Positions 36,641-50,116 of a stretch of DNA of 64,000 nt are shown piece after piece. Positions within the stretch are counted from its first letter, which is position 1, and each line of letters begins with the position of its first letter. The notes beneath the pieces are model-generated. The model searched no databases. It saw only the letters and a program-made list of their open reading frames with translations, and had not been told where the DNA came from. The DNA is taken from the NCBI RefSeq assembly GCF_006345805.1, contig NC_042997.1:187240001-187304000 (forward strand). Reading direction: 5' to 3'. The translations under genes and the position numbers were made by a program. The stretch comes from Octopus sinensis (lineage: Eukaryota).

Positions 36641-37149
36641 GGTGAATAACATAAGACAGTAAGTCTCCTGCAGATCTGGCTTTGAGGAAACAGTACTAGT
36701 GGTCACTACGGAGGGAGACAGAATCAAGTGTTGGATGATATGTGTATGTGTGTGCATGTGCATACAAATATATATTTTCATGGACAGATTCTGCTTTCTA
36801 GCTATGCAATTTTATTTGCTTATCCCTTCCTCTTATTTATACCCCTTTTAAATCTCCCTTCCTCATTGCCTCTGTCTATGTATTTACCTGTTTCTTGCCC
36901 ATATTTCCACCTATTTATTCACCTACTTAACCTCCTTATCTCCCAGCCTCTCATAAACCTACCTACCTACCTACCTACCCTCACCCTACCTGCTCTCTTT
37001 CATACCTATTAACCTATCTACCAAATATCCATCATATTTCTTTTAATATCTGTATGTATGTGCGTGGGTTTTTTTTTTTATATCTATACATTTGCTTATC
37101 CACCTGCATGTCTATCCGACCATCAATCAGTTAATCATATTATACCTTG

Positions 37150-37189
<40 letters not shown>

Positions 37190-38586
37190 CATACACACAC
37201 ACACACACACACAGTTATCATAATATACAAATTCCTTTAATGTATAGAATACCAGTAGACATGCCTGTTTTTCTTTTATTCCCAATTGTATCCTCCACAT
37301 ATTTGAACCAAAGAAAGGAAATTATTTCAAGTGATTCCATTACAAAGAAACAGGCAGACATACCATAGCATATAAATTTATTTAGTTCTGATTTCGTTTT
37401 GTTTTTTCTTATTTCCTGAGAATAAATGTTTAAATTAGAAAGTACATGTAATTTGAAATTATATATAACCACATAAAACAGAAAAATCGTTGAAGAAGTC
37501 TAAATCAGAAATCAAACATGTAGGAAAGGTAAAAAAAAAGAAAAGGAAAAGAAAAAAAAATCCCGCCCCACTCCACCCCACCCCATCCCGAAAGGCCAGG
37601 GGACACAATATCATCAAAATGCCACCAATTATTTAAGTCTTCAAAGAATAAATGTTTCTGACAGTTATTGTTTTAAGAAATTGTTTTTTTTCTGCTTCTT
37701 TCACCATATAATATAAGAACTTCTTTCTGTAGATTAAACGAAAAAAAAAAAAAATGAAGAAAAGAAAAAAAAAAAATCAACAACAAAAACATTATTCTAT
37801 CTTTCTAAGTATGAAATACAAAAAAAAATATCTATGAATAAAAAAATTCTCTTGTTGTGAAGTTGAACTTAAAAAAATATTGGTTTTCTGAATTTTTATG
37901 GTTTCACAGACATCAATAAGAAAAAAAAGAACATATATAAAAGACTTGGGTATTACATTCATTTGATTTTAGAAAGTATATCATCATCATCGTCGTCGTC
38001 GTCATCATCATCATCATCACCAACATCACCACCACCATCACCACCACCACCACCACCACCACCACTACCACCATCATCATGGTCATCGTCTTTGTTGTCG
38101 TCGTCGTCATCGTCATCATCATCATCATCATCATCGTTTTTACATCTACTTTTTTTTTTTCTGATGATCACATAGGTCAGGCAAGATTCATTGACGTAGA
38201 TTTTGTATGACTAGATGCTCTTCCAGTCACCGACTATCATCTGTTTTCAAGCCAGGTAATATTGTTGTCCTGAAAGAGTAGTAAAAGTGTTGTACAAGCA
38301 TTTGTTGCTTAAATCCAGCGACTTACAAAGATGTCTCACTAACATTTATTTAAGATGGCTATTATCTGACAAGATGAGGCAATCATCATCATCATCATCA
38401 TCATATCATTATCATCAGGCATGGCTGTGTGGTAAGTAACTTGTTTACCAACCACATGGTTCTGGGTTCAGTCCCACAACGTGGCACATTCAGTAAGTGT
38501 CTTCTACTATAGCCTCGGGCTGACCAAAACCTTGTGAGTGGATTTGGTAGATGGAAACTGAAAGAAGCTTGTCGTATATATATTTG

Positions 38587-38617
<31 letters not shown>

Positions 38618-39517
38618 ATATATATGTGTGTGCATGTTTGTATGTCTGTGTTTGTTTCCCCTACCATCACTTGACAACCGATGCTGGTGTGTTTATGCCC
38701 CTGCTACATAGCAGTTTGGCAAAGAGACTGATAGAATAAGTACTAGACTTACAAAGAATAAGTTCTGGAGTCAATTTTTTTGGAGTCAAATGACTGAAAC
38801 AAGTAGGCCTGTTTGCAAAAAATTTCTTGAAACAAAAAATTTTTGTGGGGATATGTGCTGTGGGCGGGCACGTAACAAACACCATCCGATTGTGGCCGTT
38901 CGCCAGCCTCGTCTGGCACCTGTGTCGGTGGCACATAAAAAACACCATCCAAGCATGGCTGATCGCCAGCCTCGTCTGGCACCTGTGTCGGTGACACATA
39001 AAATCACCCACTACACTCTCGGAGTGGTTGGCGTTAGGAAGGGCATCCAGCTGTAGAAACACTGCCAGATCTGACTGGCCTGGTGCAGCCTTCGGGCTCC
39101 CCAGACCCCAGTTGAACCGTCCAACCCATGCTAGCATGGAAAGCGGACGTTAAACGATGATGATGATGATGATGATGATGTTATCCAAGCAAGCACCAGT
39201 TTTGTGCTATTATCGATTGATAATTCTGGTTTTTGCTTGAGCGCTTTTGTACTAATATTTGTGGTCGGTTAGTTTGACCATTCTTAGTACTTTTCACTTC
39301 TGAAAATCCAGTTGTCCCTATAGAGACTTCATTCTTTTTGATATATAAGAAATAATTAATAGTTTAAGGTAAACAGAGAATACACATAGAATATTCAGTT
39401 TTTGATCAGTGTGCAGTCATATCAAGTTCTTCTTTCTTGCCTTTGTGATGTTTCAGCAATTTGTGTCCATGCTTGCATCTTAGAGTGTAATAAATAAACA
39501 ATGGCCTCTTCTGGATA

Positions 39518-39927
39518 TTTTTACCTTTGCCAAGGAAGAGGGTTATGTTTTCATTGGTATTAGTTTGTCCGTCTGTCCGTCTGTGTGCAAAATAACTCAA
39601 AAAGTTGTGAATGGTATTTGATGAAACTTGCAGGAAAAGTTGGTAATGACACAAGAAACAGATGATAAAATTTTGGTAGTGATCCAGACATTTTTATGGA
39701 TTCTTGAAGGATTTTTCATTTGTTATGTTTACTTTACATGAAGTATTACAATGTTACGTTCTTTGATTGTCTTCCTTGAAAATATGTTCATCGTTTCCAC
39801 ATAACCTATGGTGGCGTTGTTGTTTCCAAAGTTTATTTTCATTTCTCTATTAGTAATTTTACTTGCGTATCTATCTTAAAATGAGCTACTTGGCAGAGGT
39901 CTGCGCTCTCTGAGTGCTTTTCTTGTT
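39518..39927 (+). mobile_element. Helentron-associated interspersed element (HINE/DINE-1-like)
   Basis: 5' tttttacctttgccaagg, short (GTCC/GTCT)n, 3' cttggcagaggt followed by hairpin gcgctctctgagtgc and ttttcttgtt. Confidence 0.75.
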
Positions 39928-39977
39928 AACTGCTATTTTTTATTTCTCTTGAATGGAGAATTATATATAATTGAATG

Positions 39978-40114
<137 letters not shown>

Positions 40115-40780
40115 ATATATAATATATATATATATATAAAAGTAGATAAATGGTACAACAAGGCACCAATATTTACTAGAAAATAGCAGTCGATATAAAT
40201 ACGACGCTATTGTATAGCTTCACTGCGTATATACTAGCAAAGACGTGTGTGTGCAACAAAGAAGAAAAAAATTTGTCTTACCTCTAGAAAGAACATTCGA
40301 TAAATGGACAACCTAGAATCGGATAATGCGGGACTGGTTTCTAACTCTTCAAATACGTTTGACAACGTAAATTTGATTAGTCTTCATCAGCTGCATTTAC
40401 CTAGACAAAATTTCAAATGTTGCCACATCAATGCCAGTACACTCGCCTGAATGCCATAACATTAACAGAACGAGAACAGTGAAGAAGTTTCAATGAAAAT
40501 AATAATGCAATACAAATTACTCTCCAGTAAAAGATAGCCCCATAAGGGTAAAATTATACATATATATATATACTCTTTTACTCTTTTATATGTTTCAGTC
40601 ATTTGACTGCAGCCATGGTGGAGCACTGCCTTTAGTCAAGCAAATCGACTCCAGGACTTATTCTCTGTAACCTTAATACTTATTCTGTTGTTCTCCTTTG
40701 CCAAACCGCTAAGTTACGGGGACTCAAACACACTAGCATCGGTTGTCAAGCGATGCTGGGGGACAAACACAGACACACAA

Positions 40781-40827
<47 letters not shown>

Positions 40828-41031
40828 ACACACACACACGCGCACACACACACATATATATGCACATATATAACGAGCTTCTTTCAGTTTCCACTTACTA
40901 AATCCACTTGCAAGGCTTTGGTCGGCTCGAGGCTATAGTAGAAGACACTTGCCCAAGGTGCCATGCAGTGGGACTGAACCCTGAACCATGTGGTTGGTAA
41001 GCAAGCTACTTACCACACAGCCACTCCTGCA

Positions 41032-41071
<40 letters not shown>

Positions 41072-41074
<3 letters not shown>

Positions 41075-41627
41075 TAATACCCTCACTTTATAAGGACCCA
41101 CTTTGCGGGACCCCAAGTTTACGAGTTTTATTTTTCAAGCACAAGATCCAAAATTTGAACGAAGTGCAAAAGTTTCTACTACCATAACAAATACTTCTCT
41201 GTGTTACTGAGAAATTTATAGAAAGTGAAAAATAGCTTCTTCTAAGCAAACAACTCTAGATTTGTTTTTTGAAAAGAAATCTACAAGTCTGTCTTCAAGT
41301 GCTTATGAATCAGCAGTCGTGTCTACAAGCGATGGTGCTTGTGAGTCAAGTGCGAGTGAAAGTCATTCAGAAAATGATTATAATAATAATATTTTTTATC
41401 ATAAATGATCTTGACATTCTTTTTGCTTTACATAAAATATTCTTTACATTCTACTGTTGTTTTATTGCCATTTATTTACGTGTATTATGGATTTTATAGG
41501 TAAAATATCTTCCTGGGAATGAATTGTGATTTATAACATTACTACTATGGGAATACGGCTCTGCTTTACGAGTTTTCACTTTGAGCAGTCTCCAGGAACA
41601 AATCTACTTGTATATCAAGGTATTGCC
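41072..41627 (+). mobile_element. Tigger/pogo-derived non-autonomous element
   Basis: Ends cagtaatacc... / ...aggtattg; internal KQTTLDLFLK resembles the Tigger C-terminal KQTTLD.FF. Confidence 0.6.
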
Positions 41628-42384
41628 CGGAGTTGCTCAGGTCTTTTTCGACCCTTTAAAATTGGAATTTTTGAAAAATAAAAATTTTGCATTATATATA
41701 TAGGCGCAGGAGTGGCTGTGTGGTAAGTAGCTTGCTAACCAACCACATGGTTGCGGGTTCAGTCCCACTGCGTGGCATCTTGGGCAAGTGTCTTCTGCTA
41801 TAGCCCCGGGCCGACCAATGCCTTGTGAGTGGATTTGGTAGACGGAAACTGAAAGAAGCCTGTCGTATATATGTATATATATATATATATGTGTGTGTGT
41901 TTGTGTGTCTGTGTTTGTCCCCCTAGCATTGCTTGACAACCGATGCTGGTGTGTCTACGTCCCCGCCACTTAGCGGTTTGGCAAAAGAGACCGATAGAAT
42001 AAGTACTGGGCTTACAAAGAATAAGTTCCGGGGTCGATTTGATCGACTAAAGGCGGTGCTCCAGCATGGCCACAGTCAAATGACTGAAACAAGTAGAAGA
42101 GTGAACATTTTTCTGGTTGAAATACAGCGAAAAATGGCAACACAGCAGTCAAAATATCGTAAAAAATAGGGATCTTCATAGAAAAAAAGCACCTTTTTGA
42201 TGTAAATAATTTTTGGTCTTAACATGGTCCGATTTGAATTTTATCTTCTACAGAATGAAGCCTTCTTCTTTCATACTCTCAATTTTGGTCAACTTGCGTC
42301 ACAGGGTCTCGGAGGAGATAGTGTTAGTTGAAGGCTACCAAACGTGCCATACACAGACAACTTCAGCTTTATATATAGAGAGAT
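41620..42384 (-). mobile_element. non-autonomous Helitron-like element with a nested family A SINE (41700-42100)
   Basis: Minus strand begins aTCtctctatatataaagctgaagttgtctgtg and ends ...gagcaactccgggcaatacc, resembling Helitron 5' TC and 3' hairpin ends. Confidence 0.5.
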
Positions 42385-42794
42385 TTACATGTATGTGTTT
42401 CTAATCCCTTGTCTTGGTATCTTACACTAATTGTGAATGAAATATCATGGCATGCAGTCAGTGTTGTTTGTTTGCAATCTTCCATGGAAAGATAACTGAT
42501 TTAGGGGAAAATATTACTTTTGCTTGTAAACAGTTGAGGGTTTGTAACTGGAAGAGCGTCTGGATGTAGAAAAGCTATCACAGTGAATCTCATCTGACCC
42601 ATGCGAGCTTGGAAAAATAGATGTTAAAATGATAACAATGGTGATATATGTATGTGTGTGCATGTATATGTGTACATGTGTGTGTGTGCATGTGTGCGTG
42701 TGTGTACCTGTGTGTTTGTGTATATAAGTGTATGTATATTTATGTATGTTTATATATGCGTATATAACTATTGCTTAACCATTTTCTCACACCG

Positions 42795-42840
42795 TCTCCG
42801 GTGAAGGGATATAATAAATATCTTCGAAACAGCTGTAAGA
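42795..42840 (+). ncRNA. degenerate minimal type I hammerhead motif (Penelope type)
   Basis: UCU-CCGGUGA-A-GGGAUAU[aauaa]AUAUCUUC-GAAAC-AGCU-GUA-AGA; palindromic AGCU in stem III, stem I UCU/AGA. Confidence 0.6.
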
Positions 42841-43076
42841 TCTTCTATTTATAAATGTTCTAAAATCTACACAGCCTTGGATTTTTGTCTCATTCTGAAA
42901 ATTTTTTTATATATGCATAGGAGTGGCTGTGTGGTAAGTAGCTTGCTTACCAACCACATGGTTCAGGGTTCATTCCCACTGCATGGCACCTTTGGCAAGT
43001 ATCTTCTGCTATAGCCTCAGGCCGACCAAAGCTTTGTGAGTGGATCTAGTAGATGAAAACTGAAAGAAGCCTGTCG

Positions 43077-43152
<76 letters not shown>

Positions 43153-44529
43153 TTGTGTGTCTGTGTTTGTCCCCCCAACATTGCTTGACAACTGATGCTA
43201 GTGTGTTTACATCCCCATAACTTAGTGGCTCGGCAAAAGAGACTGATAGAATAAGTACTAGGCTTCCAAATAATAAGTCCTGGGGTCGATTTGACTGACT
43301 AAAGGCGGTGCTCCAGTATGGCCACAGTCAAATGACTGAAACAAGTAAAAGAGGATAAAAGAAAAAAGAGAGGTTGGTCACCACTGGAACATCTTTGGTT
43401 ATAGATCTGTTCAATGAAGCTTACCTGAAGTTGGGCAAGTAGTTCCATGTTTTTCAGAATGCTAAGTACCATTTATAAAGTGTTACAATTTTATTTGACA
43501 TGGTCTGATCCACTGGCAGCAAGAATACATGTAAAATATCTCAGGTCTGTGACTCTTAACCTATTAAATTTTTCTGAAACCATGTACAGGTGAATTAATC
43601 TATTTGATGTAGACTCACCTGAGACAACCTGTTTTAAAATATTCAGTATTTAAATTGAAAATCTTCCATCACGATTTTATGCACGAACAATTCCATTGTG
43701 TTCCAAATAACAGTTTAATGTTTGAATAAATTAATAAAATTAATTATTTTACTAAAGCCTTTTAAAATTCCAGATTGCATTAAAAATTAATTGAAATATA
43801 GGTAGTATATTTTATTATAACTAGAGCCATGAAATGTTGTTAGTGTTCAATTTATGTTAATAAACTAGAGTGTTGTATTATCACTTGATAATGGTTTCAA
43901 ATTATGGTGAAGCTCTATTCTGTAATGGTGAAAATATGTTTGGTTATATTACCTTACTTGGAAATAGGTGAGGGTTGGCTACAGGAAAGGCATCAGGCTG
44001 CAGAAAAATCTGCCTTAACAAATTCTGTCTGACCCATGTGAACATAAAAAAAGTGAACATTACATGATGATCATGATGTACATATACACACATGTGTGCA
44101 TGTGTATACATGTGTGTGTGTGTGTGTGTTTGTGTATGTGCGTAAGTCATCTAAGAGTCCATAAGTCAGGAGAAAATGCACTTGCTGCCATATTTCATTC
44201 CATATCGGCTACCTCTGAAGAGCGCAATGTTGCATAATCAGGCTGTTATGTAATACTCTGTTGAACCTCTAGTGCAAAACCGATTGGTAAGATCAGCCAT
44301 AATAGATATACAATAATGTACACTTTGATTAGTGTGTGTGTGTGTATGGCAAATTGGATGTTAAAATGATATGATGATAAAGGTGGTAGAATTGTTAGTA
44401 TGTTGGGTGAAATGTTTTGCAGCATTTTATATGTTTTTACATTCAAATTCCACCAAGGTTGACTTTGTCTTTCATCCTTTCTGGGTTTGTAAAATAAGTA
44501 TCAACAGCAATCGAAAGAAATGATGTGAG

Positions 44530-45510
44530 CATGCTTTGTTGAGTGTTCCGTGTCAGTGTGTATGCATGACAGAGTGTAAGTGTCTTGTGAGAAAAGTTGG
44601 GCATAAGAGGCATCAGATGTGGTGTGCAAGAGAGAAAACTGCACGGATATGGTCATGGTATGGTCGAGGACAGCTGTCTAAGGAAGTGCTGATCTCTAAC
44701 CATGGAGGGAACCTGTGGAAGAGGTAGGCCCAGGAAGACATAGGACAAGGTGGTGAAACATAGTCTTTGAACATTGGGCCTCATGGAGGCAATGACTAGT
44801 AACCAAGACCTTTGGTGATATGCCATGCTTGAGAAAACCCATCAAGCTAAAGGAAATCATAGTCATGGCTGATGGTGGTGTCATGTACCAGGTACTGTGC
44901 TGGTGGCACATAAAATGCACCTGTTGAGCGTTGGGCCTCATGGAAGCAATGCAGCTGATGCCAGTGTTGCATCACTGGCACCTGTTCTTGTAAAAAGTAC
45001 CTTTTGAGTGTTAGGTCTCATGGAGGCATCTGACACCCATGCTGGTGGCATGTAAAAAGCACCTATTGAGCATTGGGACTCATGGAGGCATCCAGCACCA
45101 CCTGTCAAGTGTTGGGCTCATGGAGACAATGTGGCTGATGCCAGTGTCACATAACTGATACCTGTGCTGGTGGCACATAAAAAGCACCTTTGAGTGTTGG
45201 GTCTCATGGAGGCGATGACAAATGACTGAGATCTTTGGCAATATGCTGTGCTTGAGAAGAAGACCCATCAAACCAAGTTAAACCATAGTTGTGTGGCAGA
45301 TACTGGTGCCACACGACTGACACCCATGCCAGTGACGTGTAAAAGCACCCATTACACTCTGTAAAGTGGTTAGTGTTAGGAAGGGCATCCAGCCATAGAA
45401 ACCATGCCAAATCAGACTGAAGTCTGGTGCAGCTTTCCAGCTTACTAGCCTTGGTCAAACCATCCAACCATGCCAGTATGGCCAACAGTCATTAAAAGAT
45501 GATGATGATG
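44530..45510 (+). mobile_element. RTE LINE 3' end with VNTR-containing 3' UTR
   Basis: EKLGIRGIRCGVQERKLHGYGH...EGTCGRGRPRKT*DKVVK..L.TLGLMEAMTS; then repeated ggcacataaaa(a)gcacc / ttgggcctcatggaggca units and a (GAT)n tail. Confidence 0.9.
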
Positions 45511-47235
45511 ATGAGCACCGGGGTTGATGTAATCAACTTTCTTTCCCCAACCTTCCAAAATTGCTGGACTTGTGCCAAAACTTCAAAGCAAAATGATGAT
45601 GAGGATGATGATGATGATGACACATATACAGACTGATGCAGAAAGACAAATACATGCACTGGCACATGTGCACCACACTGCAACTACAAACATACTGGCA
45701 CAGACAAACCAGAAGACAGCTAAGCACTGCTAACCGAAAATTCCAAAGAACATATTTTGTTCTTTCGAGCTTGTATTTGGTCAGAGATGGCACCAAATCC
45801 CTCATTGACAGGTGCTGTTGCATTTGGTTTCGCATATGTTGTGCATATGTTTTTGTATGTATACATATTTGTGTGTGTGTGTGCATATGTTTGCCTGTGT
45901 ATGTGTACAGTTATGTGTGTTTACATGTGTTTATGTCTGTGTAAGTATGTGCTTGTTTATGTGTTTGAATATGTGAATATATGTAAATGCGTAATTATAT
46001 ATATTTCGTTTTTGGATTTAGTTTGCAAGATTCTAATTATACACACACACACACACACACATATATACATACACACACAAATATATATATATATAGGCGC
46101 AGGAGTGGCTGTGTGGTAAGTAGCTTGTTTACCAACCACATGGTTCAGGGTTCAGTCCCACTGCGTGGCACCTTGGGCAAGTGTCTTCTACTATAGCCTT
46201 GGGCCAACCAAAGCCTTGTGAGTGGATTTGGTAGATGGAAACTGAAAGAAGCCCACTGTATATATGTATATATATATATATGTATGTGCGTGTATGTTTG
46301 TGTGTCTGTGTTTGTCCCCCTAGCATTGCTTGACAACCGATGCTGGTGTGTTTATGTCCCTGTCACTTAGCGGTTCAGCAAAAGAGACCGATAGAATAAG
46401 TACTGGGCTTACAAAGAATAAGCCCCGGGGTCGAGTTGCTCGATTAAAGGCGGTGAACCAGCATGGCCGCAGTCAAAATGACTGAACCAAGTAAAAAGAG
46501 AAAAGAGAAAAGAGATATATGTATATGCGTATTTGTGTGAATGTGTGTGTATACATTTGCAAATGTGCACGTATCTCTGTGCATATGTGTATGCATATTT
46601 TGACATGTATGTTTATGTGTGGTTTTGTATGTGTATATACACAATAGTATGTTTGCATGTGCTTGCTTGTGTCTATGAAAATGTGCATGCGTATGTGAAA
46701 ATGTGCACAATCATGTATGTGTATGTGTGGGTGAAAGTTTGTTCATGCAGGTATGCATGTGTGTGAATGGATGTGTAATTGAAGATGAGATGAAGTATAA
46801 ATATTTATCTATTCTGTGGCATAGTTTGGTAAATACTGCTAATTACCATGACCTTTTCAAGATCAGAGATATTCATCAACAGGTGAACTCATCTATCAAC
46901 TCCATAGGGGGCAGTAGAATGGGAGTGGTCAGGGTGATTAAGGGAGTTGGAATTCGTAGCAGGAAGATAAAACAGGATCGGTTTCTGTACTTTTATCATT
47001 ATTGGCATAACCATAGTAGCCAAACCAAGGAGGTAGCCTCTGGAAACAGCAGCCAAATCTCTCTCAAATTAAATGCTGCTGACTTAGGACAAAAAAAAAA
47101 AAAAATCCACATTAGATAATGTGGCTTTGGGTTCTCTGTGTATAAGAACATGACAGGATGATCATGGTTGGAATGTCTTTGATTATGTCTGCTTGATCTA
47201 GGTTGACCTGGATCTAAGCAACAATTGGATTAAAC

Positions 47236-47464
47236 TATTGGGTTGTCTGGAAAGTTTCTGCCAATTTATAATAGCTTACCTTTCGACTTACCCTCCCAGG
47301 CACCTCAGTTCTGGGAAGAGGGTATTTTCAAGTTAAAGGAAAGATGGAGACGCATTGTGCAACGAAATGGTTCATATTTGGTTGATTAAAAATGTAATGG
47401 CAGGTATTTATTGACCTTTTTCTTTCCTTTAAAAATCGGCACGAACTTTCCGGACAACCCAATA
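47236..47464 (+). mobile_element. mariner MITE (both TIRs plus transposase C-terminus)
   Basis: TAttgggttgtctggaaagtt ... gaactttccggacaacccaaTA; internal FWEEGIFKLKERWRRIVQRNGSYLVD*. Confidence 0.9.
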
Positions 47465-47535
47465 TTTGTCTTAAAGAGTTAAAGTGAGAAGCTTCCTTCT
47501 GTCACTTCCTGGAGTCGTTGATATTATTGTTATTC

Positions 47536-47706
47536 CAGATCTGTGCAGTTGTGTTGTGTAGTTTAAGCAGCTCTACTCTGCTACTATTGCGTAATATGAG
47601 CAGATCTCTTGTGGTAGAGTTGTATACTATGATCAGGTCTGCTGTGGTAGTGATGTGTAATATAAACAAATCTACTGTGGTAGTGCTGGATTTTATAAGC
47701 AGATCC
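47536..47706. repeat. degenerate 33-bp minisatellite (~5 units)
   Basis: Units start at 47536, 47568, 47601, 47634, 47667 and 47700 (cag/caa-atct...gtggtag...). Confidence 0.8.
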
Positions 47707-48430
47707 CCTCATGGACATGCTGTCATTATTTTCCAATGATGCCACCTTTTGTTTTCTTAAAATGATAGATGTGTGTTATTTAAATGAGATTTGGGTGCTA
47801 TTTTTAGCAGGTCGAGTGACTGTTAGAGGCTCCTCTGTGGGTTCACTATCCCTTTAGTTGTTACTGCTTAGTCCTAAGTCACTTGTTAATAAGCAACCCT
47901 ATCATGAAAGACATGCTAGCCTTGGCATTCTTGTGTCTTTTTTTTATTGACCATGTTACCTAATGCCTTTCTTTTCTGAAGACAGAGATTTAGTTACTAA
48001 TTTTAGCAGGTCACTCAACTAAACATATGGCGGATGTTGCTGATGCACACATGACTGTGTAGTTAAGTTTGCTCCACTCTATGTACTTTTCAGTTTGATC
48101 CCTTTACATTGGGACCTTAGGCAAGTGTCTTCTACTATAGCGTCAGGCTGACCAAAGCCTTGTGAGTAGATTTGGTAAGTGGAAACTGAAAGAAGCTGAT
48201 TGTATATATATATATATATGCTTGACAACCGATGCTTTTGTGTTTACGTACCCAGAACTTAGCAATTCTGCAAAAGAAAGCAATAGAATAAGTACTAGGC
48301 AGTGCTCCAGCATGGCGGTAGTCAAATGACTGAAACAAGTAAAAGAGATAAAATATATGTACATACATACACACACACACACATATATATATATACATAC
48401 ATATATATATATATACATACATACATATAT

Positions 48431-48489
<59 letters not shown>

Positions 48490-49488
48490 GATTGTTGCCA
48501 GAGCAGCTAACTGGCTTCCGTGCCGGTGGCACGTAAAAGGGCACCATTTGAATGTGATCGTTACCAACGTCGCCTTACTGGCACCAGTGCCGGTGGTATG
48601 TGCAAAAAGATTCGAGCGAGGTCATTGCCAGTTCCGCCTGATTGGCCCCTGTGCCGGTGGCATGTAAAAAGCACCCACTACACTCTCGGAGTTGTTGGCA
48701 TTAGGAAGGGCATCCAGCTTTAAAACAAGCAGCTTGTAATACAGAACCAGAGTCAGTCTCAGGCAGTTTAGCATCAATAGTGTTAAATTTGGTGAGATTT
48801 GAACTCTGAACACTGAGAACTAGAACAAATGCTGTAAAATATTTTATCCTCTGCTCTAATAACTCTGCCAATATCCTAATCCGTATATATCCCTGGAAAA
48901 ACCTGCTCCAACTTGTCTGGACATGAACTTGCCAAAAAGCATCTGACTGAACATACAAAATGTTCAGTAGGTAGTTGACATCTGTAGCTAACAGTTGCAT
49001 ACTGTCCTTCTCTTCCAGATTGTGAAAGCTTACCATAATGTTTAATCTAAATACTGTGAAACTTTAAGACTTCATTTTTTTTATGGGCATATATGGGTTA
49101 ATGTATGAAGAAGGTATATTGTTACAGAATATAAATACGTAATGAGCAAGAACTTTCATATGAAGCTTGGTTCTTTTTATGGAAAATAGAACATTTTGTA
49201 AACATTGCAGAACCATATGTTGACATTCCTGTCACAAATTCTGAACATATGCTTTTAGCCAGATTTTCACAATTTTTTTCTAAATATTTATATCCACCCA
49301 CCCACTCCTCTATCCATCTATCCATCCATTCATTCATTCATTCATTCTCAGATATACTGAGTTGACCTAAGGCTATGGTTAAAGACACTTGCACTAGATG
49401 CCTTTCAAAGGGGGTCCAACTAGGAACTTTGTAATTGCAAAGTAAACTTCTGAATGTCTCTAGGATGCCTATGTCTGGATACTTATGT

Positions 49489-49670
49489 TTAACCCATAAA
49501 GATTTAAACTAACCATATCAGGCTGAAATATTCTACCTGTTTTATTTTAAGCTGGGTCAGATCTGGCCCCTCACACTTACCCTACAATGTTATTCTGTAA
49601 AATAAACAATCACATCATTGAAATGTCAAAGCTATGAGATAATGCTTGGATTAATACTAAACAATATGAA
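49489..49670. mobile_element. TTAA-type MITE fragment, same family as 61253-62007 in the opposite orientation
   Basis: ttaaccc...aaactaaccatatcaggctgaaatattctacc...cagatctggc matches the reverse complement of 61900-62007. Confidence 0.7.
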
Positions 49671-49776
49671 GGGCTCTTCTGATCTTTACTCCCTCTGTTT
49701 GGATATCTGCACCCCCAAAAGGACCAAATGTCCTTCCCAAGGGAAAAGCTCATAAGGCCAGTTCTCTTAATTCTGT

Positions 49777-49812
<36 letters not shown>

Positions 49813-49990
49813 AAATTAAATAATGAGGGTAGAAATTGATATTAATCAATTAAAACCAGTGGCTTAGCATATTAAAAAATCCGAAAATTAAAAATTGTGT
49901 AAAGTCCTCTAAATTTTATGTGACCGCGTGTGTATCGTTGGTGATTTTTTTTCCTCTGTCTTCCCTTCTCTGGATCTTTCCTTCTCCTAT

Positions 49991-50025
49991 GTTTCCGATG
50001 AAGAGCTCCACTAGAAACGTTAAAC
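49991..50025 (+). ncRNA. degenerate minimal hammerhead motif inside a (TA)n-flanked repeat (~49820-50120)
   Basis: GUUU-CCGAUGA-A-GAG[cucca]CUA-GAAAC-GUU-AAAC; stem I GUUU/AAAC. Confidence 0.55.
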
Positions 50026-50116
50026 CCTCCTTCTTTCCTTCTTTCCTGAACGTCCAATAATACTATATTTCTTCCATGTCCTCGTGTTGTGTTTTTTTGT
50101 GCTTTCATGTTTGGAT

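Noticed and set aside
40283-40447. Two small minus-strand exon-like segments, and a + strand peptide resembling a LINE endonuclease start (FKCCHINAST)
   Set aside because: Short, no homology recognised, and lies in a probable repeat element.
43420-43630. Strong minus-strand donors (GTAAGC, GTGAGT)
   Set aside because: Both fall in degenerate repeat copies (SINE tail and TTAA MITE).
48701-49340. 111-aa minus ORF, a textbook + acceptor at ~49018 and an open + frame at 49140-49300
   Set aside because: Half of the ORF runs through SINE/RTE-tail sequence; the acceptor leads to a stop after 8 codons; no family recognised.
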